Shown: piece after piece, positions 12,619 to 25,665 of the stretch
Layout: each line of letters opens with the position of its first letter
How positions within the stretch are numbered: the first letter of the stretch is position 1
From: Eledone cirrhosa
Taxonomy: Eukaryota
Assembly (NCBI GenBank): GCA_964016885.1
Contig: OZ024751.1
Coordinates: 44,578,001-44,642,000, forward strand
Length of the DNA: 64,000 nucleotides
Reading direction: 5' to 3'
The notes under the pieces: model-generated
The model's input: the letters and a program-made list of their open reading frames with translations, nothing else
Told to the model about the DNA's origin: nothing
Databases searched by the model: none
Translations under genes and position numbers: made by a program

Positions 12619-13627
12619 ATATATATATATATGTATATAAAACATACAACACACGCACATCTTTCTTTCAAAGTGTGAAACTAAGAAACTAATAAGCCTA
12701 ATTGTTTTTGTATGTCTGTGTTTGTCATTTTGTAAATTATATACATATGACTAGAAAGAAGAAAGAGGGGGTTTGTGTGCATATGAGAACGTCGATCTCA
12801 AGATTCTGCAGTGCACCTCATTCGAAGTTCCAAGGTTTTTGTGGATCAGACTGATTTACACATAATTGTACCCTCTATGCACTTTACTAGCTAGAAACAG
12901 ACCTACTCGCTCGAAACTATACATTGTTGCATTAATTAGTCATATACACTGAATTTTGAAACTTTTGTAAACGTCACTCATTAGAGACGGACGTGTTCAA
13001 GATAGAGTGAAACATTTGTTTGTGTATTTTATTAGCTGTTAACCTCTGTCAGCATAATTTACTCCTCGTGTTACTGGGTTAGTGTTTTAGTAGTCTTACT
13101 ACATAGTTTGGTTATTAATATAGAGACTGGGTCAGCTAGTAGACCACGGTAAACAATCTAGAATAGATATTTAATAGAATGTAAAAATAAACAAAACGAA
13201 TGCTACACCACGACGCCCGACAAATCCCACCCTCACCACCACCACTCTCACCACCATCACCACCACCTCTCTCACCACCACCACCACCACCACCTCCACC
13301 ACTGTCACCAAATAACTACAAAACAACTAAATAATTAACAATACCGAAATGAAAAGTTAAGAAAAGAAAACAAGAAGGAATTACATCAGAATCTGATGTC
13401 TGAAATAACTGGTAGGGTTAAAATAATAGGAAAACACTGTGGTATATATATATAAATCTATCTATCTATTACTCTCTCTCTGTATATATATATATATATA
13501 TATACACTCACACACACACACACATATATATGTGTGTGCGTGTGTATGTGTGTATAAAGAACTTCGTTTTCAAATATAAAAATTTGAAAAAAGATTTGAT
13601 GTGAAATTGTATTTGATAATATATATA

Positions 13628-13930
13628 TCTTAGTCTTAGATTCTTCCGCGCTGTTCGGCGCATCGAGCAGTAAGAACTCGCCAACGGTCACGATCAGCGG
13701 CAACTTTTTCGAGACCGTACCAGGTGATGTTGGCTGCCATCTGGTCCTTCCGGAACGTTCGTCGCCAGGTGATCCTTGGGCAACGCGGCCTCCGTTTACC
13801 GCCAAGCGGAGTCCAGTTCATCGCTGTTTTCGAATGCCGTTCATTTGGCAGACGCAGAATATGGCCAGCCAGACGGCACTGACGCTACGTGGCCATTCTC
13901 TTATCAGTAACCACACAGCCTAGTCTCTCT
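13628..13930 (-). mobile_element. 3' end of an RTE-clade LINE
   Basis: LAGHILRLPNERHSKTAMNWTPLGGKRRPRCPRITWRRTF...DRDRWRVL...* is a typical RTE C-terminus; short (CTAAGA)2 tail. Confidence 0.85.
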
Positions 13931-13998
13931 CAATCCATATTTTTGTATATATATATATATAAGTGTGTGCTTATATATATATATAAGTGTGTGCATGA

Positions 13999-14034
<36 letters not shown>

Positions 14035-14756
14035 ATGTTGATAATCGCTTTAGTTAAAGATGACGCTCTGATATTGGTTACTGAAGACCAGATTCAGTAA
14101 GCCCTAACCAGAGGTAGGGAAAAATATGAAAGTATACAGTTAAATATTCTATAGAATACCTGTTACAATCGCGAAAAACTATAGGATTTGCTACTTCGGC
14201 CGTTATAAGGTGGATTAAACCACCTAATGTGTCTAATGTCGATAAACCACATATAATTTTTAGAAGTGTTTATTCAGCATCTTTTTTCCTCATTTGAGAA
14301 AAACGAATTTATAGTGAAATCGTTTCCACGACAGTACAGACATTTACATACACAAACTTACCATACAAACACGCATACCACAAATACACACATACATACA
14401 CATATATAGATACATTTATGTAAGCATTCCTACATCTATGCATGTATACATGCTTGCTTGCATTCAAGCATGTATGAATCTATGTATGTATGTATTCATG
14501 AATATATGTAAGTATATATGTGTGTATGTATGCATGTATTCATGTACGTATGCGTATGTATGTATGCATGTATGTATGTATGTATGTATGTATGTATGTA
14601 TGTATGTATGTATGTATGAATATATGTATATATTTAGGTATTCATGAATTTATGTAAGTATATATGTGTATATGTATGTATGTATGTATGTATGTATGCA
14701 TGTATGTATGCATGTACGTACGTATGTATGCATGTACGTACGTATGTATGTATGTA

Positions 14757-15085
14757 TGTTGACTTGTTCTTCTTTTTGGTAAATATCATCTTGGTTAAGA
14801 GAGTGGCACTGGCTTTGTGCAGTGCCTTTGCTCACTATAAAAGCTTCACGGCACAGGCATTGCTTTATATCTGGAGATCTCTCTGCACTTGTCGTCACAT
14901 GGTGCCATGGGCCTAGCACTATGTGTCAATAATTGTCACAAGTGTAGTGTTTGTACCAGAGTTTTCAAGTCGCTGGCTGGACTAAAAAGTCACACTCGTT
15001 CAGCGCATCGGTAGGGGTTCTCCTACATGGATATAAAGTAGTGGCCGTACTCGAAAACGAGTTGGCAGCCACCATGTATGTATGT
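14757..15085 (+). mobile_element. ~320-bp dispersed retroposon with (TATG)n tail (copy 1)
   Basis: Near-identical to 37855-38161 and 57735-58050; ends ...GTACTCGAAAACGAGTTGGCAGCCACCAT(GTAT)n. Confidence 0.85.
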
Positions 15086-15088
15086 AAG

Positions 15089-15120
<32 letters not shown>

Positions 15121-15488
15121 TGTATATATGTATATATGCATGTATATATGTATGTATGTATGCATGAATGTATGTATGTGTGCATGTATATGTGTGTATA
15201 TATATGTATATATATATATGTAGATATATAGATATTTACACACGCTCAGCTCTAAACACCTTGAACCCATACTAAACAATTAACCCAACCCTTTTTCCCA
15301 GGCCCTATTCGCCGTCTTAAACTGCCCCCCACCACCGCCACCCATACCTTTTCTGCAACAGAAATTCAATTTGAATATCATCTGCATCAATCTACGTCCT
15401 TGGGATGAAGGCCTACGTAGGTTTTATAACATTGCGTTAATACCTCACCTCCTTGTAACTGACGCAATGTCACTATTCATAAACATGA

Positions 15489-15568
<80 letters not shown>

Positions 15569-15598
15569 TCATACACACATACATATATACATATATAC

Positions 15599-15676
<78 letters not shown>

Positions 15677-15694
15677 TCATACACACATACATAT

Positions 15695-15727
<33 letters not shown>

Positions 15728-15754
15728 CTCATACACACATACATATATACATAT

Positions 15755-15888
<134 letters not shown>

Positions 15889-16039
15889 GTATATATATAT
15901 ATATATGCATATATATATATATATATATATAAAGTGGGAGAGAGAGAGTGAATGTGTGTGTGTGTGTGAGAGAGAGATACGTACACACTCATGCTTAAAT
16001 ATATATGCACATTTATACGTACAGACACACACACACACT

Positions 16040-16122
<83 letters not shown>

Positions 16123-16487
16123 ATGTGAGTGTTTGTGTGAGTATGCAACGTTCATTCGCTGTAGGCAAGCAAACATAAGTTTAAAGAAAATAATAGCTAT
16201 TCAGCGTTCTGAAACTTAATTTCTTCTCTCAATTAACCCAAATTATTTAGTAATTGAGGGATTAATCAAATCAAAATACTATACATTATTAAAAGATTTA
16301 TAACATATGCTACTGGATGTTTTCTGGTTCAACTTTGGGCTTCATTCATGTGTTTCTTGTTGGGCTTCCTTCACGCATATTCCCTTTCTAATATACTTAA
16401 AGGAGTTTTGGGGTTTAACTACTGTGCTACGAAGGCTCGTGGAATGTTGGGATATATTCATAGATCTTTACATGTTCATATACTTAA

Positions 16488-16842
16488 CCCTTTAGCATTT
16501 AAACCGGCTGTATCCGGCCAGAATTCTCTCACCCTTTTCTGTTCAAACTGGCCGTAACTGACTGCTCATACTGATGTTAAGGTACTGTTCTCAAAATAAA
16601 TAATTGTTTCTACTTTTGGCACAAGGCCAGCAATTACCCAGTGTATTACTGGTACTTTATTTTATCGACCCCGTAAGGATGAAAGGTAAAGTTAACCTCA
16701 GCGGGATTTGAACTCAGACCGTTCTCAAAATAAATAATATCAAAATCTCATAGATTCGATATTATGTGGGATGATTATGTAAGATAAAGCATTTACTGTG
16801 AAAATACAATAGTATATATTGAGTAATGTAAATGCTAAAGGG
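16488..16842. mobile_element. piggyBac-type MITE
   Basis: TTAA at 16484-87 and 16843-46; perfect 14-bp TIR CCCTTTAGCATTTA/TAAATGCTAAAGGG. Confidence 0.88.
16605..16720 (-). mobile_element. 5'-truncated tRNA-derived SINE nested in the MITE
   Basis: SINE body flanked by an 18-bp TSD GTTCTCAAAATAAATAAT (16587-16604, 16721-16738). Confidence 0.9.
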
Positions 16843-16889
16843 TTAAAAGAGTTTTTCTGAGCGTAACTCTTTGTTGTATTACGAAGGAT

Positions 16890-17000
16890 CGGGGAACTAG
16901 TATTTAGGATGTTGGACACACGATCATCACGTCGTCGGTTCCATTCCTGGGCCAGGTGGTGTGTTGTGATCCTGAGCAAGTCACTTCATTTCACGCTGTT
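16890..17000 (+). mobile_element. degenerate CORE-type tRNA SINE
   Basis: B-box-like ggttccattcc followed by gtgatcctgagcaagtcacttcatttcac, resembling the CORE domain. Confidence 0.55.
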
Positions 17001-17162
17001 TTCATGATAGGACTATGACCACTCTCCATAAAACACCCGAGAAACCTACTATGAGATGAAAACTCGTAAGAGGCCAGCTAAATCTTCATTGGTATGGGCT
17101 GTAAATTTCATTTAATTTCAGCTGGCATTTCCCACTTTTGACACCCAGAAGAGATTTTTACC

Positions 17163-17195
<33 letters not shown>

Positions 17196-17497
17196 CTTCG
17201 CTGGTTTTCAGTTGTAACTGGCTCTGGTACCAAGACTGGAGAGTATCAGGTTTCGAGTTTCTGGTTTGTGATATGTCTATGCTATGTGCCGAGTGTGTTA
17301 CATGTGTGTGAGTGTGAGTGTGCGTGTGTGTGTGTGTGTGTGTGGCAAGGAAATCTGATCTTAGTCAATCAAATAGAAAAGGAGAAATGTAGAGTATTAC
17401 ATATATAAACAGATACACATTTTCATATGTAATTAATATTTAAATACTTCTCTTATCATTACACATATTACTTGCAAACAATATATATATATTTATA

Positions 17498-17710
17498 AGG
17501 GCGTTGGATTGGCAGTATCAATAGAGGGTCGGACACCATGCTTTGAAGCATAGAGTTACGGCCGTTTATGATCTGAATTCAAATCCCGCTGAAGTTAACT
17601 TTGCCTTTCATCCTTACGAGGTCGATAAAATAAAGTATCAGTCACGCACTGGGGTAGATTTCCCCTCCCCCAAAATTGCTGGCCTTGTGCCTATATAAGA
17701 AACCATTATA
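17498..17710 (+). mobile_element. tRNA-derived SINE, full length
   Basis: ttggcagtatc...ttcaaatcccgc...ttgcctttcatccttacgaggtcgataaaataaagta...ttgctggccttgtgcc. The central segment resembles the Meta/OK-type SINE domain. Confidence 0.85.
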
Positions 17711-17869
17711 TATATATGTATTTATATACAGATATACATGTACATGCATTTGTATATATACAGGGGAGTAGAGAGTCCCCCATCCCCCACCCACCAATAC
17801 ATATATTTTTCTCCACAAACTATTAAAACACATCTTTTTGTAAAGGCGCAACAATTTATGTATATGTTA

Positions 17870-18040
17870 TATAGAGACTGATGGGAGAAATAGATAGAGA
17901 GGGGGAGAGTTTGCTGGTAATTGATATAGAGAGGAAGGTTGGGAGAGTGTCTTGTATATTAGATATATAGAGGGGGAAAGATTGGTGTTAATTGATATAG
18001 AGGGGGGGATTGGAAGAGAGTTCCGTGTAGTAGATATATA
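17870..18040. repeat. purine-rich minisatellite, left part (interrupted by Tx1-like LINE)
   Basis: Units with aattgatatagagaggggg and gagagttccgtgtagtagatata, identical in type to 23740-24395. Confidence 0.8.
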
Positions 18041-18279
18041 TTTCTATTTATTTGCCACCAGGGCATCAAAGATTGGGACAAATACAAAGGGGGGAGTTTA
18101 CATACATTTAAAAAGACGTGTAAAAAACATATAACAAATTAAATTTAACAATCGATGTCCTCAATAGGGAGGGGCGTTGACATGGGTCGCACACACCCCC
18201 GAAAAAATGTGCAACCCTCCTCTTCAGGGACACAAAGAGCGGGTGCTTCCTTCCTCTTCTCATTCTTCTCCTCTCTCAC

Positions 18280-21200
18280 CTACAGGCTGATATAGAGAGA
18301 AGGCCCATTCACTCGGGCCATTCTCGCCACTTTCACCCACCTTTCATAAAACTTGCTGGGGTAGAGCACCTCTCTCTCCATTCTGATCCTTCTTCTAAAG
18401 TGGTACTTGAAAAAAAAGACCAGTTGTTGGCCGGAGAGAAAGGTGTCTGTCCTCAGCCCTTTCAACCTTGTCCACCATACAACTTCTTTCGCCATAGCTA
18501 TCACACAGAGGAAAACCACCTCTCCTTCGTTTTTGAAAGGGGAAGGTGGTTTGATCGTGACAATGTTCTCGGTGGTCAACCGGATTGGTCCCACCCGCGA
18601 CAGTAATCGTTCCACATAGCCCCGCAGGTCAGCAACGCCCGGGCACTGTACGAATGCGTGTGCGACGGTTTCCTCGTCACGCACGCATCTCGGACAGATT
18701 TTCTTCGAGGGGTCCCTACCCGGACGCCCGTGTCTGTAGAGCTTGTCCCGAACGGGTAGAGCTCCTCGGTAACATTGCCAAGCCAGGGACTTTTGGAAGT
18801 TGTCCATCGGTCCCGGGCGGAAGGTCCTACCGAACAGACTGGCCAGCTCATCTTCCTCCATGCCCAGAGCGTCGTCGCACTTACTGCGCACCAACCCTCT
18901 ATAGAATGTTGAGGTTGAGTCTCCACTGATTGCCGGATCCGCTTGCCAGAGGGCCGTGAGCGCCTGGGCACATTCAATGTGCCAGTCGCCCACTTTTCTC
19001 GGTCTTTGCTTGACCCAGGATTGCAGCTCGGTGAGTGAGACGAGTCTCGGAAAGGCTCGCCTCACAAACAGGGCCCACACCGGCTGACCGGTGAAGAATA
19101 CCTGGAGGTGCCGTAGCCTTAATGCGTGTCTACGCATCGTCAGCCACGGCAACCCCAGCCCTCCGTCCGAAGGGTGTTGACAGAGATGGATCTTCTCACC
19201 AAAGGAGCCCGCTTCTTCCAAAGAAATCGGAAGAGCGCGTGCTCCATTTTGGCGAGTGTTTTCTCTGCGCAAGGCACGACGGTCAAGCGGTAGTAGATGA
19301 CGGACGCTATATAAACGTTCGCCGCCTCCGCTCGACCTTTCAGGGATAGTTTGCACTTGGCCCACTTCTGGGCGAGTGCAAACACCTTTCCCGTTACCTC
19401 ATCCCAGTTTTTCTCCACCTGGAGGTCCGGTCCGAACCAGACCCCGAGCAGCTTCACCGGTCTCTCCGTCCAGCGTCCGACGATGCCGTCGGAGGGCATC
19501 GTTTTGCCCCTCCACGTCCCGAGTTGCAAACCGACGGACTTGTCCCGGTTCAGCTTGGCTCCTGTGAAACTTTCATATTCCTCCAGTAAGGTGCCGATCT
19601 GCCCGATATCCGAGGCGCACGACACCATTACTGTCATGTCATCGGCGTAGGCCGACACCGCTTTCCGCAATCCCGGTTCCAAGGGGATGCCCTGCAACAG
19701 CTCCAGCTTCAGCAGTAGTGGCTCGAGAGCCAGCACATACAGGAGGGAGGAGAGAGGGCATCCCTGTCGGATGGATCGCGTGATTTGGAACGGCTCCGAG
19801 AGGTAGCCGTTCACCTTGACCCTCGAGCAGGTGTTGCTGCTGTGCATTGCAGCAATCCAGCCCCTGAAAACGAGTCCGAAGCCTGCCGCCGCGAGCACCG
19901 TATCCAGGTACCGATGATCAACCCTATCGAACGCCTTAGATTGATCCAAGTTGATCAGGGCCCCACCAAAGCCGGGTTCGTTCCCTACCCTCTCTACGAT
20001 GTATCGCATGAGGTGGAGGTTGTCGTGTATAGACCTGGACGGGATTGCGCATATCTGCGCTTCTCCCACCAGGTTCCCGACGACAAGCGCCAACCTCTTC
20101 GTTAACACCTTGGCCAAAATCTTTGTTTTGCAGAGCTATGGGCCTGAAGTTATCTATGTCATCCCCCTTGTTCTCGTCCTTCCTCACCAGCGTGACTACG
20201 CCCTTGGTCACAGAACTGGAAATTCTCCCGTTCTGTTGCCAGTTGCAGTAGACCGCCTTGAGGAGACCGGAGAACAAGACCGGCATCGCTACATAAAGTT
20301 CGTATGGTAGACCATCGAGACCCGGAGATTTGCGTTTGCCGCATTGGCTCAGCGCTTCCCCTATTTCAGCGGCTGAAATCGGCCTCTCGTAGGACTTCGC
20401 CTCCCCGTCCGAGAGCCGCGCCACACCGTTGAGGTATGGACCGAAATCCATGGCCCCACCCGGCCCGCCGCCCCTCCCGAACATTCGTGCAAAGCGCCGT
20501 TGAAAGGCCGCGCTCATCCGCTCAGGTTCAAGGATCACGCGTCCATCCTGGTCCTTCAACGACCGAATCGTGGACTTGTTTCCACTTTTTGCCTCTGTCA
20601 CTCGGGCCCAGCTAACAGCTTTGGCTCCCTCGTTACCCAGAGCACGTATTTTACTCCTGACAACGCAGCCCTCGTGCTTCGCATAAAAGAACTGGTCTAG
20701 GGCCGTTCTTGACGCCAGCACGCCGGCCACGTTGCCACTCCTAATCGCCTCTTCTACTCTATTTGTTAATTCCCTTTCAGTTCTATTCCTATCTGATGCT
20801 AATTCCCGACTAAAACCTATTCTATTCTAATTTCTCTCTTGAGAGAGCCCCACCACCTGCTGTTGACAATTGCCCCCGTCAAACGCTGCTTAACTAGTGT
20901 GCTAATCCGCTAACTGTAAGCATTGTTTGTCGGTAAAGACAAGTTTAGCTTCCAGTAACCGGGTCCCTGTCTATGATTTCTATCAAGGTTGACCACTCCG
21001 GTCACCAACTTGTGATCCGAATAGTCAACCATGAACATTCGTGGACAGCGTAATATGTCCCTATCCTTATTTCTAACTAGGAATCAATCTAGGTACGACC
21101 TAGGTGTTTCGCTGAGATTAGTCCACGTCCACAGTGGCACAGTCGGAAAATCTAGTCGATATCTATCGGCCAGATCAAATCGGCCGATTAATCGTTTGAG

Positions 21201-21685
21201 GCTGTTACACCCCCTCTATCGGGACATGCCCCTACATAGTCCCAACGTGCATCCAGGATACCATTCCAGTCCTCCACTAAAAGCAAGGAGCGAGACGTTC
21301 CCAGGAAATTCTCCAGGCGTCGGAAGAAGTCCGGTCGCGGTGTCCCAGATGGGGCATACGCTGCCACCAGCCTGAAAGCCCCACCTTCACCACTGCCGAC
21401 GTCTAAAACCACCAGTCGACCCTCCGGGTCCAGGTGTACCTTCTGTGTGGAAAGACCCAGGTATTTTCGCAGCAGAACGACAACCCCACCCCTCGGCTGA
21501 CAGAGAGATGCGTAGATCTCAAAGTCGTCGAAGATGGGGGCCAGTTGGCGCTCGCTGCTGATCCTGAACTCGCAAATAACCATTACATCCACTCTGTGCG
21601 ACCTGAGGTCATTTAAGAGTTTGCCCTGTTTCCAGGACATCCCCAGGCCGCGTGAATTCACACATCCAACTCTTATATTGGCCAT
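18280..21685 (-). pseudogene. Tx1-like ORF2 (APE endonuclease-RT-zinc finger), frameshifted
   Basis: MANIRVGCVNSRGL, GRLVVLDV, YAPS, DWN, SDH (EN); KSPGLDGLPYE, NFRPI, LDQSKAFDRVDH, QGCPLS, AYADD (RT); CPRC..EETVAHAFVQC. Split over ORFs 21188-21685, 19936-20730, 19140-20117 and 18280-19365. Confidence 0.92.
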
Positions 21686-21741
21686 ATTGGTGCTGAAGAG
21701 TTAAAAGGAAGAGGAAAGGAAATTACTTACCTCTTCGTCTC

Positions 21742-23509
21742 CTAGGGACCAGGCTGCACAATTTCAATGGGGGTGTTGGAAGGGTTGTTTGGTGGGGTGG
21801 TGGTTTGTGGTGGGGTGAGGACATCAGTGTGTGGTGGGATTAGGGTGTTTGGTGGGGTGTGGATGTCTGGTGTGGGGGTGGGGAAACATCTCAATAGGAC
21901 GCTGTTAAGTGGTTTGGTGCAGTTGGTCCCCACATGCATTGGATGGTTCTTTTTCAAAGTTACATAGGTTTCCGTTGGGACCCTAATCATCATTAGGCGC
22001 GGTTTGTTCGCTGCGTAGGTGAAAGTGATCCCTTCGGTTTCCACCGAAGGGTTATTTTCTATCGCTTTCATTAAAGTTTTATTGTTCTTGTTAATGTATG
22101 TATAGAGTTTTTGTTGTGTTGTGTTTGTTTTTGTTTGTTGTTCTTGTGCGTGTTTGCGTTTTGTAGTATGTGTTATGTTTTGGGGAGGGGAGGGGGTTTT
22201 TGTTTGTGATGTTTGTTCTGTTTGTGCTGGTGGTTGTATGTTTGTAGCATTTTTGTTAATGTGGTGCCTTTTTTTTCCTTTTCACCTGTTGAAAGGGTTC
22301 TCCCTCTTCGTCACTGGGTGACGTTGATACGGAGTCCTCTTCCGTGTTGTTGGGGAGGGGTATATTTTGGGGTTTTGTTGTGGTTGCTTTTGTATTTGTT
22401 TTAGGTGGGGAGGGGTTGGGTGGAACAGTGTTTTGTGTTGTTATTTTTCCGTGTTGTTGTGGTTGTTGTTGTTGTTGTTGTTGTGGTGGTGGTGGTAGTG
22501 GTGGTTGTGTTGTATTTGGGGTTGGCAGAAGAGCCTTTTTTTTTACTCGTTAATTGAGGACAGGCAGCCCTCAGGTGACCCCTGCTTAAGCAGTGGTAAC
22601 ATGACGGCCGCCTTCCCTCCACTGAAATGTTTATATAAGTTAGCCCGTCCAGAGGCACGCGTTGTGGGATATTCGCTATTCGTTCTGGGCTCATTTGCAC
22701 CAGAACTTCTACGCTGGTCCCACCAAATACACCTCCGGAGCACTTTCCTATTGAAATTATCTTTTCTTCATCAAAGTCAATGATTCCACATAGTATCTAC
22801 CAAATATTTACATTTGGTGTGATACTCATTATTTTTATTCTTTGTGTCCTTTTTCCCCTGTATGTGGGGAAAAAGGTGAAGCGGGGGGACACAATGGGTG
22901 ATACCGAGTAATTTTGTGCTGTTGACTGGTTGTTCATTAGCACCGAAATGCTACCAAACAGTTTACCTTTGTGTATGAAGGCTATGTCCTTCATTGCATC
23001 TTTTAGAACCAGCACAATTTCATTTTGTGATAATTGAGCTGGTTTTCTTGTTTCGTTCGATATTGTCCTGAAAACTGTGGTTTACAGGACAGCCTCTCTA
23101 CGTAATTCCTGTGGGGAATTGATGCTAAAAGCACCGTTTCGCCAAAAGTCACGAATTGTTTTGCGTCCTGTAGTAGTTGTTTAGCATTTGTTATGTCTAT
23201 TGGCGTGTATAGTTCGTTTTTTTTTACAGTCTGTGCAAATGTTGTTTTGGTGTTGTTGTCTCTTTTGTTGCTGCTGTTGTTGTCACTGTTGGTAATATTG
23301 TTCATGTTTTCCTTGGTGTTGCTATTGTTGCAGTTGTTGGTTGTGGTGTTATTGTCATTGTTCTTGTTGTTGGTGCTGGTATTATTTACCGGGTTTGGTT
23401 TCGTGGTTTCAATATTTTTAACGTTTTTCGATAATGCGAGGGGGGAAGGCTGCAAGCTTTGTACTCCTACCTTCCCTCCACCACTTTTCTTAGTGGGCGT
23501 GGCACTCAC
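21742..23509 (-). pseudogene. Tx1-like ORF1 (gag-like, zinc knuckle), frameshifted
   Basis: Fragments 23003-23509, 22797-23015, 22401-22700 (VEGRRPSCYHCLSRGHLRAAC = CX2CX4HX4C) and 21742-22071, with Asn/Thr-rich low-complexity linkers. Confidence 0.75.
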
Positions 23510-23739
23510 GACAGTGTGCTAGGTGGAAATGGCATCCATTGCTGACACCAAGTCTACACAATTTTGAGATGAAAATGAAAATTTCACCCCAGAAAGGGGC
23601 GAAAATTAGTTGACTCAACGTCTGAAGGCCCAGGCAAGGGGTTAAACTAAACAATGCTATTAAATTGAGCAATGAACTCACAGTTTTTTTGACAATAATC
23701 CGTAAAAATCCGGAGCGAAGTAATTCACGTCTATATCAA

Positions 23740-24395
23740 GTGGTAATTGATATAGAGAGGGTGAATGGAAGAGAGTGCCGTGTAGTAGATATAGAGTGCC
23801 GTGTAGTCGATATAGAGAGGGGGAGAGTTTGGTGCTAATTGATATAGAGAGGGGGAATGGAAGAGAGTGCCGTATAGAAGATGCAGAGAGGGTGAGAGTT
23901 TGGTGCTAATTGATATAGAGAGGGGTATTCGAAGGGAGTTCTGTGTAGAGAAGGGGGGGGGTTGTGTTAATTGATATAGAGAGAGGTATTCGAAGGGAGT
24001 TCCGTGTAGTAGATATAGAGAGGGGGAGAGTTTAGTGTTAATTGATGTAGTGGGAAGTATTGGAAGAGAGTTCCGTGTATTAGATATATAGAGAGGGAGA
24101 ACTTGGTGTTAATTGATATAGAGAGGGGGAATGGAAAAGAGTTCCGTGTAGTAGATATAAAGAGCGGGACAGTTTGGTGCTAATTGATATATAGAGGTGG
24201 AGAGTTTGGTGCTAATTGATATATAGAGAGAGAATGAAAGAGAGTGCCGTGTAGATGATTTGGAGAAGGGGAGAGTTTGGTGTAAATTTTTATAGAGAGG
24301 GGTAATGGAAGAGAGTTCTGTGTAGTAGATATAGAGAGGGGGGGATTGGCGTTAATTGATATAGAGAGGGGGAGAGTTTGGCGTTAATTGATACG
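23740..24395. repeat. purine-rich minisatellite (alternating ~30-bp subunits)
   Basis: Repeated gatatagagagggggagagtttggtg(c/t)taatt and gatatagagagggggaatggaagagagt(g/t)ccgtgtagta. Confidence 0.88.
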
Positions 24396-24781
24396 ACATT
24401 ATAAACACTTTATAAATCATACGTCCAACACATTTACCACTAGCCCAGGCACCTCTATTTCCTTGAGATACAGGCACGAGTCATTTGGTGCAAGCTGTGC
24501 GGAATGGAGCAAGAAATAAGAGTCTAGCTGAAGGAATCGAACTGACGGCCAGGAGGCAAGTATGTTATCCACTAAGCCACGCGCCTTAAGACATTATCTT
24601 TAATATAAGTACACACAGACAGAGATATATTCATGTCACACGTGGAAACATTAAAATTCTTGGTAGACTGTTAAGATTTGAGAGCCACTTGTCGTAAGTG
24701 TGTAGATAAAACATGAAAGGACACGTAAAATAATACGTATATATAAATATATATATATATTATATATATATATATATATAT

Positions 24782-24825
<44 letters not shown>

Positions 24826-24958
24826 TATATATCATGTATACACATATATATATATATATATATTATATATATAGATATATTCACACGTAATTAATGTTTA
24901 AATACTTTTATTAGCATTATATATACTTGCATACAAATAAACATGCGTGTATATATAC

Positions 24959-25019
<61 letters not shown>

Positions 25020-25102
25020 ATTTATATATATATGTATACACAAACACACACACATGTATAAATATATATATATATATATATTTATTAAAATAACAGATTA
25101 AA

Positions 25103-25192
25103 GTTTAAGCAAAGAATCGCTGCCTTTATATCTTATGTATATATATATATATATATACATAAGATATAAAGGCAGCGATTCTTTGCTTAAAC
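25103..25192. repeat. perfect palindrome centred on (TA)n
   Basis: agtttaagcaaagaatcgctgcctttatatcttatg-(TA)n-cataagatataaaggcagcgattctttgcttaaact. Confidence 0.9.
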
Positions 25193-25201
25193 TATGTATA
25201 C

Positions 25202-25257
<56 letters not shown>

Positions 25258-25279
25258 GTATACACAAACACACACACAC

Positions 25280-25320
<41 letters not shown>

Positions 25321-25601
25321 TATGTGTGTATTAACATTATAGGCGGCGAAGTGGCGAAGCTAGAACGTAGAATTATATACATACATATGTAATGTTTATG
25401 TATGCATATATGTATGTGTGTATGTATGTATATAAGACTGAGAGTTCGATTCCCTGAGTTGTTAAAATGCCAATTCCCTAGAGTCTTTATTTCAAATATC
25501 ATGTATTTTTATTTTTTATTACCTCTGAAAGAGCTGCGATATAAGTCAAACTGCTAACACCCCCTACACTACACCACATATACATACATATACAGTATAT
25601 C

Positions 25602-25665
<64 letters not shown>

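Larger units (their letters stand above)
18041..23739 (-). mobile_element. near full-length, decayed L1/Tx1-clade non-LTR retrotransposon
   Basis: Ordered on the minus strand: 5' UTR, ORF1 with CCHC knuckle, APE endonuclease, RT, C-terminal zinc finger, 3' UTR ending GGTGGCAAATAAATAGAAA. Confidence 0.92.
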
